This document shows, in pieces, positions 26,301-38,510 of a stretch of 64,000 nucleotides of DNA. A program made the position numbers and the translations under genes. Each line of letters opens with the position of its first letter. Position 1 is the first letter of the stretch. The DNA is from Phoronis australis. Taxonomy: Eukaryota > Animalia > Phoronida. The notes beneath the pieces are model-generated. The model did no database searches. It had not been told where the DNA came from and worked only from the letters and a program-made list of their open reading frames with translations. Where the stretch lies: NCBI GenBank assembly GCA_002633005.1, contig NMRA01000489.1:78982-142981 (forward strand). Direction: 5' to 3'.

Positions 26301-28411
26301 CGCATCGTTGAAGTGGTTGACTTGAGAACAAATCGTCTGCTTCATAGCCCCACCGGGACCCGTATGCATTTGCATATACGTATCCGAATTTAACAAGGTA
26401 TATAACAGTGCCACCTGTCGGTAGTGCAGAATACCATGTGTTACGATTCTGCCAATAAAACAATTAACGTATACATGGTTTACTCAACTGCCAACGACAA
26501 TGACCTCTGATCACGGTGGCTGCTGTTAATTCCGGTTATAAACAAGAGTATCTTGCTTGAAGAATCGTTACACATAGGCAACAAAAGTGCCACTCAAACA
26601 AATACGGTTCTTGCAAGTTACAAGACACAGGAATAAAATTGCGTACGTATTTTGTATGACGAGTTGTGACACTGGCGGAAATTGCGTCATCGATTTGTGA
26701 ATTGTGTTGTGTAAGGATTGTCCCAACGCCAGCTGCTATTGAGTTCTAACAATTAAACTAACAATTTTCAGATTTTTTTGCACTGTTAATGACATACTTT
26801 TCCAGGAAAACAATTACCATTTATGTTATACTTGCAGTTAGTTTAACTGTGATTGGCTTAAATTTGCTAAAATGAAGCAAAATTTAGCCGAAAATAAAAG
26901 ACCGTAGATTACAGTGAAATAAACGAATATAACTGAAAGCTAATATTTTTTGTTTGAGTGTCTGGTTCTGTAGTATGAATATATCACAAAAGTTCCTAAT
27001 TGATGCAGTGACTTTCTCAGGCAATTAAACTTAAAAATAAAATGTCATTTTTCATGAAAATTCACAAATCTTCATTAAGAACGATTTGGATATTAACAAA
27101 TAAAAAATATTGGAGTACCAGCAGTTCGGCAGTGAAAGAGATTCTAAGTGTCTTCTGATTTTTTCAAGAAATTACAATTTCGCCTTTTCAGTGTTGATGT
27201 TCTATTTGTTTATGTAGAACATAAAGCTAAATCGGCACTAAGTTTGCAAAATAAACTGGAAATTTGGAATTTCAAAGTGAAATTTGTCAAATCGTAGTTT
27301 CCCACCATTTGATATTTTGGGTGGACTTAAAATAGGCTTGTCGGTTTTTCAGTGGTCTGGACAGTCGGGGTTACCAGGCGAACCAGTTAGTTTGTTGTTG
27401 CGATAAGCACGGAAATGTTGAAAATAAAAGCAAGTAATGACGAAATGAATTCGATGTTGACCAATCGGTCAAGTTTGGAAACTCTATTAGGATTCCAACA
27501 CAGCTTGTATTTTCGTTGGCAGTCTGGCGAAGCCTCGAGGCCGGCACCAACATCGGAAATTACTATTGAGACAGGGATGAAATCAATGGCGAACATAATA
27601 AAAAGATGATGGGAAAACTAAGCAAAAGTGCGGTAAGAACATACTGCAGTTTTTTCAGTCTTTTTATGTAAGCAAATCTATCGTAATATCCCTGTAAGCC
27701 TGTATTTAGTCGTGATGAAGTGATTGTTGAAGTTAGCAACAAATATAGGCATTATACCGGTGCTTTTGGGATTTACAATGAAATTTTAACTGCAAATGAA
27801 TATCATCACGTAATTAGACACATGAATACGATTACTATATAAAACACGCAAGTCATGTAAATTTCAAACACTTTAATTGACTTTTAGTCTCGCCGACTGA
27901 CAGTTGAAGAGAATTCTTGCAACCTGAAACTGTCTATTCTGCCAATGATGTGAGTTTGCAAAAACGTTATTTCTGAAATATAAATACAATTATTTGCAAA
28001 TTGCTAAAAATACGGAATTTTTATACGCAAGTTTAACAAAAGCCTGTTGCATTTCAGCAGTCCCCACGTGAACTCGATTCCCTAGCCGCCGACTGAGGAC
28101 TGGAAGTCGATTTTGACTTGGAATTGTTCATGCTTTTTCAGAAACTGGACTATAAACCCTTTTCAGTGGGTCCACATTCAACACAAACACCTAATATTCA
28201 ATTGCTTCGCTGCGTCAGTTCTACAAACTTTTCTCCACAATTGGCTTAACCCCGTTTCGGATACTTTGCCGGAATAGTGGAGATGTCTTGCCACCGTGAC
28301 ACAACGCCAATTTTCATTTTCAAACGTTTCCGTTATTTTTCGATTAGAAGTTCATAAAAACCCAGGTTTAACTGATAATAACACATATAACTCAATTTAA
28401 GTTGCATTTAA

Positions 28412-28488
28412 AGCCTACCTTCAACGGTAACACCTGTAAATTTGGTTCCTACAGTAGGTTAAGAGCATCGCTCCGTTGAAGTTAGGCT
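28412..28488. mobile_element. 77-bp miniature TTAA-flanked element with 16-bp TIRs
   Basis: TTAA|agcctaccttcaacgg ... ccgttgaagttaggct|TTAA (1 mismatch in the TIR). Confidence 0.7.
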
Positions 28489-29659
28489 TTAAGCACTTGT
28501 GAATTTGATGGTAATGGTTTAATCCTGTAGTGTAGTTTACAAGGGAAGTTGGTTGAGGATAAAGTCAAACCCTGAGAATTTCTAATTATTGATTCCATCA
28601 ATCACTTGCTGATCGTTCAGAGTGAGGGTCAAAAAGTACTTATTAGTGGTTGGTCTGCTGGGGTGATTATTGGCAGAGGTGAATTGGAGGACATAATCTA
28701 GTTGAGTCTCTCAGGTCCTGGCCAAGAGTCACGTGATAGAAGAAAGACAGGTTGATATACTTCCCACTGTCGCACGAGCTGTTATGCACTTCTGCAATTG
28801 GAGATTTCATCTATAGCGCTACTGTCATTTTTCAAAAGGAACTATAACCTGGGACGGTTGTCGGCTCGCAAACATCCTCACTGTTGACTCACTAAAAGGT
28901 TGGAGACGTGAGCTGCGTTCCCTAAACATAAGAATTTGTCCAGTCTTGCGTAATCTTGCGTTCTTGCGATTTTCTATCGTCTACAGAACCCAGGCCTGGC
29001 GTTTTAGGTGGTGACGTTTACTTCAGCGTGACCAGGTACTACTTAGAGCCTAAAGTACTAGGCATTCATTTGATGGATTTTGAAGCGCAACACTTTAGAA
29101 ATTTATTTCTATATGATGGGCTCACGTCACAAGTATGGTTTAACGTCATACTGTTTACAAGACACCATGTTATTTGTGATGCCACCGGATGTTTACAGGC
29201 CGACAGCCATTCCACTAATTGAATAAGTTTTGCCATAGATGAAATTCGTCGAATTGTTTTTTATAGGTTGGCGGACACGTCACAATAGAATAGATTGTGG
29301 GATGCTGCCATCAATAGAAGAGCGAAACCAACCAATGAAAACAAACTACGTACACTTATATTATTAGCCAACAGGACGCCTGGATGAAGAAAATTCCACA
29401 ACCGTAAACAGTAAAATATCCAATGAGAAAATACCACTGCATAACTAGTCGATATAAGAAGAAACTACAAGTGGCAGAAATGGAAATGAGATGGAGCAAT
29501 AGATCAAAGGCAGAGATGGTGACATCTGAAAACGAATGACCGTTGAGAACATCATTGCGCCAGTACTAGTAGTTTTTCGTTGTTATAATTATTTAGTTTC
29601 ATGACTGTCCACGAAGTGCCGTTTTCGGCCCTCGGCAGCCATATTGTGTTTTCACTTAA

Positions 29660-30512
29660 AGATGATAGGCCTCATTAAAACCTTGAATAGTCAAATTTGT
29701 AGTAAACGCCACCTGATGACTTTCTGAAAAACTGCATGTACAAGTATAATCAGGAAAATAAACAATTTGTAAATAAATTGCGGTTTTAAGGAACATACCA
29801 CAACTGATACACTTAAAAACAAATGAGAACACTTAAAAAACCCTAGTTATTCCAAATATAACGCAATCGTTACTTGATAATGAAATACACAAATAGAATA
29901 AAAACACTGTATGAAAGGTTGCCTTTTATGAGGTTCTGGAACAATACTGTGGAAAGTGTCATGATTTTTCACATGGGTATACTCTGTAAATGGGTAGAAA
30001 TCCTAATTTACTTGTGGCAATCTGCATCCAAAAAGATACCCTTAAAATGGCTTTATAGTCAAACCTCTACAAGACCTTGGTATGTACAGAAGCTGAAGGC
30101 CACCAAAATCTGAGGTCTGGCTACTCGGCCGACACTCATTGAGAAATCACGGTGACCACAACGAAAGCATTCGTTCTATAATTTCATTTTCCCGCCACTT
30201 TGGACAATATTCAGCAACATGCCATTTTGCGTCTCTCGGAAACCCCCACTGCGTTGTCGTTAACCTAATAAACAAGGTATATTTTTATTATTTTTTATAT
30301 TTCACTATCAAATAATGATTGCGTAATAATTGGAATTACTAAGATTTTATATGTTCACACTTGTTAAGTGTATCACTTGTTGTGTTTTCTTTAAAACCGC
30401 ATTTTATTTACAAATTGTTTCTTTCCTGATTATATTTGCAGTTTTCCAGAAGTCACCAGGTGACGCTTGCTGCAAGTTTGAATATTCATGGTTTTAATGA
30501 ATAATAGCATCT
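29660..30512. mobile_element. TTAA-flanked non-autonomous DNA transposon with ~250-bp imperfect TIRs (Kolobok-type)
   Basis: TTAA 29656-29659 and 30513-30516. 29660-29910 is the inverse of ~30272-30512 (e.g. aaacaatttgtaaataaattgcggttttaa / ttaaaaccgcattttatttacaaattgttt). Confidence 0.82.
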
Positions 30513-31329
30513 TTAAGCTAGGACAATAAAGTCTAGCCTGTTCTCGTGGAACAGTGTTCGTCTTCTCAGTAGCGTTGTGTCATGCAGAAGATGACAACAT
30601 AACTAGTTTGTTTGGTAAAGAGCGATGTTCATGTTTGTATTCGAACACAGGAGGTGGCAGCACGTGCAGGGAGTACAAACGATGGCCAAACCTAAGATGG
30701 GCTAATTGGTCTGCTTTCCACAGATGCAAAGTCACGCTAGGTCACAAAAGTCATCGCTAGATGTCGCAATATATTACGGGCGACGCTCATGATGACACTA
30801 GCACAAGCTTCGAGGTCGTTTCATGAATGTGACTTAAGACAGAATTTAGTTCTAGGCTTCCACTTAACAATTGCTGAAAAAGGGTTTAGTCAACTATGTC
30901 TAGAAATAAATAAAATCATATCATATGTTTATATTCTCAGAAACTTTGCATAATTGCTCAAATTGAGATCTATGAAGCAGTCCCCAAGTGGGTGAAAAAT
31001 GACATAGAAAACGGAAGGAACGGGGAACTCTAAATTCACTTACAAGTGAAGCAAGAGAGATTCTTGTCTCACACCTTGGCTCCGTTGATTGGTCGAGTTT
31101 TGTCACCGCCATATCTGACATCTGGTTCTCTATTGGTCGATCAAAGATGAGGTCAGTCAGTGTACTTGAACAAGCTGAACATAAGAACATGCCTTCACAA
31201 CCTATATTTGCGTAACTCAAATCCAGATGATAACCGCGGACTGTGGTCACCTTACTCACTGCTCATGACTATACTTGATTGACTTTGCCGGTATCATCAG
31301 GTCAACTGGCTTATTATAATTAATGACAT

Positions 31330-31404
31330 TATTCGCAATCCTCATCTTGTTTTACTCTGCAACATAGCTCTTGGTGTACCCCGTGCAAAATAGATTACGA
31401 TAAA
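31330..31404 (+). repeat. 75-bp dispersed repeat, copy 1 (copy 2 at 37652-37726)
   Basis: tattcgcaatcctcatcttgtttta...gcaaaatagattacgataaa; 4 mismatches between copies by manual alignment. Confidence 0.9.
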
Positions 31405-31855
31405 GATATTTGATTGATTTGAAAGCCGGAAGACGTCACCAAGAACTAGTCAACGATGTCTGATGAAGTCAACAAAGCTCAGCCATTCCTACTCGAACAG
31501 AACACCTTGTTTTGGTATGCAATACAACCATGCTTCTGTTTTCGAAAGAAAGATTGTCCAAATAGGAACAGTGTATAATTGAAACCAAATATTTGTCTAA
31601 AATACAGAAAATTACGGGACTAAAAGACAATTTGAAAGGTTGAAGTACGCATACAAATGAGATCGCAGATAACCGTATGGTGAACGTTCTGACCAAGTGG
31701 CTTCGTTATCGACTATAACGTTAATGAAGGTTGAATGCGCCAATGACCTTCCAACAGAAATACCTGATTTCAGATAAATCACGTGACGGGGGATCCTCAT
31801 CAAACCGGCGTCCCCATGCTGATGAGGTGGTATTTCTCAAAAAGAGGTACTTTTA

Positions 31856-31914
31856 TCGAGTAGCACTACCTTGTGAATGTCGAGTAGCACTACCTTGTGA
31901 ATGTCGAGTAGCAC
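31856..31914 (+). repeat. 24-bp tandem repeat, ~2.5 copies
   Basis: (TCGAGTAGCACTACCTTGTGAATG)x2 + TCGAGTAGCAC. Confidence 0.95.
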
Positions 31915-34199
31915 ATTATCACAATAGCCAGTAAAGGCCGGCACGTCAATCTCTGTTGGAAAGAAAATGTTGTAGACGTGCCGGTTTCATCCGGTAATTT
32001 CGGCAATTTCTACACTTGACGTAGTCGACAAACAGATGGCATACTGATGAAGCACTGCCAACTACAACCCGCTGACCTCGGACTGCGCGCATGGTGTGGT
32101 TATTATAAAAGTTTCGTGGAGTCGAGGGCCTGTATGCGAGAAAATCTGGTATTCAGCTTCCTGGTAGGAAGCCTATTCCCGTCGTAGAAAAGGGGAAATG
32201 TTGTGAACGTGCTTCAGGTGAATCATATGAGCCTCTGTTAGCCACTTGGTAACGGGCAATTACTACAAGAATATCCGTTGCAATGAAGCTGAATACGTGT
32301 AAAAATATCAGAATGCGGGTTGTAAAAGGACGCAGCTCCACCTGTACTAAGTTCAGCCTGCATCCCAGAACCGGATTAAGATAATGGGTCAGGCCCAAGC
32401 CAGTCTACGGATCCTGGCGATTTATTTGACCTATTTCCGGTTGCCACAGTTTTCTCTAAAAGTATCAAGTCATACAAGGCGAAGCCCTTGTGGCTGCAGG
32501 TGGAGGATAAGACATTAAGGAAAGCATAAAAATCTGGGTTCATTAATTTACTGCAATGAACTTCTTGAGGACCAACGAAGCAGAGTCCATATACACTCCT
32601 CATCCAAGAGACGCGTGTGACAGTTTTGAAGATTGAGGTAAAATACAAACATATAAGGCGTTATAGGGCGATGTGAGGATTTAGTTCATCATTGCCTCTT
32701 CACCATTTTCCAATTCTTAGGAAGATTATTTAAAACAGGAAACCTAGTGTCTACAATTAATCATATATGAAAATCCCTCAACAAAACAGAATTTGCGAAA
32801 CGTCTTAACGAGTATTTACAGATATTTGAAGAAACACAACGTATGTAATATCAAATGGGTGCTCAAAGGCATGTTTCTACAAAGACAAACCGAATCAATG
32901 TGAATTTCCGGTATTTCTTTCAACACTGATGAAAAACATATATTGAACTAATCAAACAAATTGAAATGAATTGCCGTATTGCTTCAAGACCGGGGGAACT
33001 GTTAACTTAGTTTTCTAAGATTAGAATAGGACATACGCGGTCTGATCACGCTCATTGTCTGAGTCCCATAAGCTTGTGGTCCATTACAAAATTACACGAT
33101 TGAAAGCCCACGTGCGAGACCATATCATTAGTTTGAAACGGCAACATGGAGAGGTTTCCATCTGTAGACATATTGTCAAAGACAACCAACTACACAGAGG
33201 CCAAAAGGTCGATTGTCGGTTTTCTGAACATGCGAAGCTTTACAAGTTTAAGTTATTTTCAAGTCAGTGTCCGCTTTTTTGAAGAACAATTGGATACGTG
33301 TTTTCAGCAGGCAAAGGGCTTCGCGGAAACCACCATCGCTGAAAAACACTGGAAAACAAATTGGCCATTTTAAAAGGGCATGAAACGCGAAAGCTCGTTA
33401 TAATATCAAAATTTCGGACAAAAGTACCATCTGGCAACGTCTACTAAGGTACTCACTTTCCCCTGTGAAGAGATTTCCACGAAAATCACCAAATTCACGA
33501 ATTTTTTAAATACGCGCGAAGGAAAACTCCTGTAGTCACCACAGATTTTTAAAATAAATCTTCCTTCCACTTATGATAAATGCGTGCATGCGCTCACAGT
33601 TATTCGATAAACAGCTGACTGAAAAGAAGCATACTAATTGTCGAGAGCACAGTACGAGGTAAGCCAGTGAAGCAAGAGATTTTCAAAAGAGAATTCCAAG
33701 TGCATTTTAGAATACTGTATATCTGGGTACTACGACACATTCATAACTACTTTTAAACACCAACTGCCCCTTACTCCGGCTGCTGCTTGAACTCGCCACT
33801 GGTTTGTTTGCATCAAATGTCCCAAGTCTCATTTTCCATCGTTTCTGTAAATTTGAAACTTAAAGAAAAATGTGTCAACAAAAATTTAAAATCTTTACCA
33901 GCAACCTGTAAAAATATGTATAATAAATTATTTCACGCAAGGACCTTGTGAATTGGCGAGCTTCATCACACTGCAGATGACACGAGACTAAAAAAGCGCG
34001 CGCTTTACAGGAAATGTACCGACCGCCACTTGAAACTTACAAGTGCTCGCCCTGGCTGTTTAGGTGACTTAAAAGAGAAATTAAGCCTCCTGCTCTCGTA
34101 AAATGGTCTTCATAATAGGCCTTACCTTGACTACTATTTCACAGTGCTACGAAAGGTAGGGCCACTTTTCAGTATATGTGGCGCTGTGTCAGAGGGTAC

Positions 34200-34350
34200 T
34201 GTGACATGTTTCTATATCTGTTACCAACAAGAAGATTGAAACCATCAGCGATTCCTCATAGTTTATTGGGGTTAGCCAACAGTAAAATTGGAATCATATC
34301 ACGGTAAACCTAAGGAATATTAGAAAGCCAATCTTATGAGGGTAAAATGT
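34200..34350 (+). mobile_element. Partial copy of the 7622/9252 MITE family
   Basis: ttaccaacaagaagattgaaaccatcagcg...gtttattggggttagccaac...aaggaatatt...tcttatgagggtaaaa. Confidence 0.65.
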
Positions 34351-35558
34351 GCAATGTTAGCCAGTGCTAAACATGGAGGATTTTTGTCTCACTTCCTTTT
34401 GCGTCATGGTGTTAAAGGAGAATGCCACCCAAAAAACAACCTATTTTGTATCAATTTAGATCGAGTAGTTCTACTCGATAACGGCACGTTCGGTTGCGTT
34501 ACCTAACACCTGACGGCAGACAGAGGTGTTGAAATTATCCAATGACGTAATTGGTTTCACACGCAGTCTGTTTAGCAGTTCACAACACGGGTTAGTGGTG
34601 TCAGCTTATCGCTTAAATTTATCGTTTAACACCAATAAATCATCAAACTTCGATGTAAAACCCTTAAAAATACACCGAATTATTATAAAAACGTGTTGTT
34701 TTATTTCGCTGTTACGTATTTACTGGTATTTGGACACACCGTAGCCTACAAAGTTCGGCAGACCAATTTACCAAGGTCCGCAGCAGGAGTTTGGGGTCTG
34801 TTCGGAGATAAATTCAAAGTATTCTTCCGTGAAATATAGACAATAGAACATAGATCTGTGTTGTTTCTACTTGTGATTTTTTTAGTTCTAAACACACAAA
34901 ACGCTTGTTATCCCGGCCAGTGGCTCGGAACCCGATCACTTGGCCCGGCGTCGCGGCCAGACTGACTCCTCCCGGCCCAAGTGGCTTGGAACCCGAGGAG
35001 GCCCGTCGCGGCCGCCGGGACTGACACGAACATAAACCAGCTTGAGTTGGAAACTAAACCTCCAGTCACGAAAAGACTGCAATAGTGAGCCGAAAAAATA
35101 ATGTGCACGTAATTATTTATGTGAATTAGCCACGAAACTGAAAATCAACTTACTTGTCGGGGTCCGCGAAGTCGGGTTCCGCTTCCACAAACCGTCAGGG
35201 CAAAGGTTGTATAGTAACAATGGTTTGAATAAAGATTCCCTAACATGTGACCATAGCATATAAAATCGAGTAATTGTTTCAAAACAGCTTTCTGTCAGCC
35301 AACACTGAATTAACATGAGCTCACATCCAAGGCGGCCTCGGTGCCCGCCGCGGGTCAATTACCTTTGTTGCCAGCATCAAAAGCCGGTAACGCAGTGGTT
35401 TATTCATTGCTGGCTTCTCAAAACATTTGCACTCACGAGCACTCCAAGGCATTACAAATTGTACCTAATGATACAGACTTTGTTTCAGTTTCATATAAGC
35501 ATTGGTTAGGGTGAGAATAATTCATTTTGAAACAGAACGCAGAATAATAAACGTCCAC

Positions 35559-35722
35559 ATGGAAACTCGCCCGGTGCCAATCCCGACTTAGTCAAGAGCT
35601 CATCCGACAAAGACTTCACGGGTCGGATCGTTAGGTTTCACAGGATATCAGTTCGAACCCGAATACACTGATCAAGAAATACTAGAGACGAGGCGCCGTG
35701 AACATGCACAGGCAACGGAACG
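35559..35722 (+). pseudogene. N-terminal fragment of a putative second (KolX-like) transposon gene
   Basis: METRPVPIPT*...GFTGYQFEPEYTDQEILETRRREH. The YQFEP motif recalls the PYxFEP N-terminal motif of Kolobok accessory / P2X7-ballast-like proteins (from memory, unverified). Convergent with the THAP fragment. Confidence 0.45.
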
Positions 35723-35974
35723 TATGGATAGTTCTTTGGCAAACCGGAATTCGTCAGAGAAATCACTGTCGACGAAATGCTGGCCACAGACACGGAGATG
35801 TTTCACGTCCTCATACTTGCTATTAACAGCGTACCTTTCATTCTTCACTACCGCGAGCCATTTCCTAAGCATTTCGGGCTCTCGAGGAAGTCGAAAAAAC
35901 GATATACCCGCTTTCTTCGCAGCTTCATAGTTCGGACAACCGGGAACGATGCACCGCAATATAGCGGCATTCAC
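35672..35974 (-). pseudogene. THAP zinc-finger domain: truncated transposase N-terminus
   Basis: RCIVPGCPN...GISFFRLPREPEMLRKWL...LRVCGQHFVDSDF gives the C2CH THAP signature with conserved P, W and F. No in-frame ATG (ATA at 35962-35960 in start-like context); no DDE domain follows. Confidence 0.88.
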
Positions 35975-37651
35975 TCTGCAGACGAACCACTGACGTCGCT
36001 GCGTCGTTTCTCACCTTCCTCACAGGTTAACGCGACACCCTCGGGAAGGTGAGGTCGACCGTATAAGAGGCGATGTGGATATAGACCGATTAAGACGGTA
36101 AAATTACTAATTAAATCGGGTGGCATTCTCCTTTAACGTGATACTGCACAGCGGGAATCTACTTGAGGTTTTAGACCTAATGCTAGTATTCCATGAATAC
36201 CTCGAGCAAAGTTATGCAACAAGTTTGTTACGTATACTTATGAGTACTACAACGCTGAAAAACTAATTGCTTGATAGCTTCTCTGGGAAATGGGAAAATT
36301 TTATTGTTCACGTTACTCCTTGTAGCAGCTGTTTACCTTGTACGAGATACCAGAATGGTTTCTCCTGATCTGTGAATGCGTGAATGAATGGATGTACTTG
36401 TTTGTTTGTTTGTTTATCAATAGTAATAAACATCTGAAAAAGATGAGAGATTTTGTCCCACCTTTCTGCAAAATTCGGAAAGCCATAATCTAGTAAAAGC
36501 GAAACGCAACTATTTTTAAATTACGGTTATTAAATAATAGACGAGACATTTCCCGCCGTTCTCGTGGACGGTCCAGCAAAAGGCCCGCATCTTGATTCTA
36601 CGTTCCTTTCCGTTGACGGAGCAAGCACAATATCCTACTCGTTGCTGAACAGTCTTTTCTTCGGTCATTCACTGGAAACGAAATGCAGAGCCGATATGGT
36701 GCATGGCGTTTCCGTCTATTATTGCATTTATGGAACATCTAAATATCTCCAAGACGACCTCGTATCTAGATTTTGCACTAAAGGAAAGCGGATTGCATTC
36801 TACTGCACGCGCCACGAGACATGACGTGAGCAGGGCAAATACGACCAGTTACTGATTTGGGCAACTAAACTAAAGGTTACCCGCGTGTGCTGGAGATGGT
36901 CAAAACGTTCAGCTCAAGTAACCACATATGAACAACGGCCATGGTAATCACAGAGTCGATTCCCGTGTTTATCACGTGAGTTGGCTCAAAATACGACAGT
37001 TAAGGTTGTAAAGCATAAAATAGCTTTCATGTCTAGCCGATTTACATATCCTTATTGACCTCGTCCTAGATGGACCAATCAAGAACCAGATAACAGAGAC
37101 CTACACCAGACTCATATAGTAATTGAGTCTGCACTTTGTGTTTGATATGGACGGTTCAAATCAGGCACATCTATGTAATTTAGGTCCAAAGTGTGTACTG
37201 GTGATGATTAAAAACCTCGGACGCTTGGGTGTTCAACGAGCACTTTCCAAACTATTGGCGGCGGCAGAGCATTGAGGGTGATGTGTTCTTATTTTAATAA
37301 AATCTACTTCTTCTAGCTTTTGTTTTGTACTTTACCTAAATATGTTATTCTTGACTTGATACTTTTGATTTTTATTGTATTATACGGATACTTCTAAGTA
37401 CACTGATATTCATCACTTCTATTAGATGTTTACATTGTTGTAAGCGTTGAAGCTGTATTCTTCATTTTTTTCCTTTTTAACCTACAGTATTTACTAACAT
37501 TTTTGTTGGACTATCGTAACTTTATATTATTTTATAACCATTGTTCATGATTTGATAGTCAATTACACTACTAATTACTGCTAAGCGCCGGTGGCGTTTT
37601 TCCATGCAGAGTCTTCTTTAGTTCTTCTGCTTACGTCATAATAAATTACAA

Positions 37652-37726
37652 TATTCGCAATCCTCATCTTGTTTTATTCTGCAACATAGCTCGTGGCGTA
37701 CCCCGGGCAAAATAGATTACGATAAA
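37652..37726 (+). repeat. 75-bp dispersed repeat, copy 2
   Basis: Near-identical to 31330-31404. Confidence 0.9.
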
Positions 37727-37989
37727 TAGCATTTTTCTTTAAAGTACATATAGAAGTTACGTAACTAAAAAATCGCGTTGGCCATATTACTATGGCAGAT
37801 CACTTACTTGAATGTGTGCAACGTCGGGGGTGAGGTAGAGGGGGGTAGATTGGGTGCATGACAAAATTGTCTTTGCCGATATCAATTTATTTAATCAGTC
37901 ATGTACTGTTGAGACCATTAGCTTAAATGTTGAGCCTAATTAGCCCTATTTTGTAAGACCAGTTTAAACTCATGATATTGTTTTCGTGT

Positions 37990-38510
37990 CGATGATGTAG
38001 ATACTTCTTAAGGCTTAACATGGGATCCAAACTGGTTCATCGCAATCTTTATCCGGATTCCGGTGTAAGGAATTGTTGACGATGTTGGCATAACAGCCAT
38101 TCAACGCCTGACACACTTCGTCCTCTGTGCGGAATATGTGTCCACCAAGCTGGCGAATGCCTAGGCAAAAGACGAGTCATTTGTGCCATTCGGCGTGTTG
38201 GACACAGCACAAGAATCAAGCACGGTGGCAATATCGCTCAGTGCATCGCACACAGTCTCATTCCGTGCACTATCTTCTGGCTTTGACCCAGTGTCAGACA
38301 GGGCGTGATCACCCGTTGGCTGCACCATTTTGTCTTCCAACGAGGTAAGGTGAGTCTAACAAAGACTATTCTCCACTGGGCCTCAAACAGAGCCTGTCCC
38401 AGTATCCAACCGGGTCACTTCCACATCAGACTACGGGGAGTCAGTCACCGTCTCAACAGCTGCTCACGCCTCGAGCTATTGGCACTTAGCTTACCGCCAG
38501 CTATATTGCC
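37990..38510 (-). pseudogene. Decayed coding remnant, possibly ORF1 of a DIRS-type retroelement
   Basis: GC-richer block whose minus frame reads protein-like with scattered TAG/TGA stops (..LEDKMVQPTGDHALSDTGSKPEDSARNETVCDALSDIATVLDS..FASLVDTYSA/EDEVCQALNGCYANIVNNSLHRNPDKD). Family assignment is weak. Confidence 0.3.

Larger units (their letters stand above)
34416..36132. mobile_element. Internally deleted Kolobok-like DNA transposon (1717 bp)
   Basis: Perfect 15-bp TIR AGGAGAATGCCACCC (34416-34430 / 36118-36132), TTAA on both sides (34412-34415, 36133-36136), purine-purine termini and an internal THAP coding fragment. These are the established Kolobok hallmarks; piggyBac also uses TTAA but begins CC and lacks THAP. 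Confidence 0.88.

Noticed and set aside
30554-30760. Small Cys-containing ORF with hydrophobic start (possible secreted peptide)
   Set aside because: Starts at GTG, no insulin Cys spacing, no splice support.
31856-31914. 24-bp repeats as a CRISPR-like array
   Set aside because: Head-to-tail tandem copies with no spacers; eukaryotic context and no cas genes.
35724-36052. Plus-strand ORFs overlapping the THAP fragment
   Set aside because: Antisense shadows of the THAP coding sequence.
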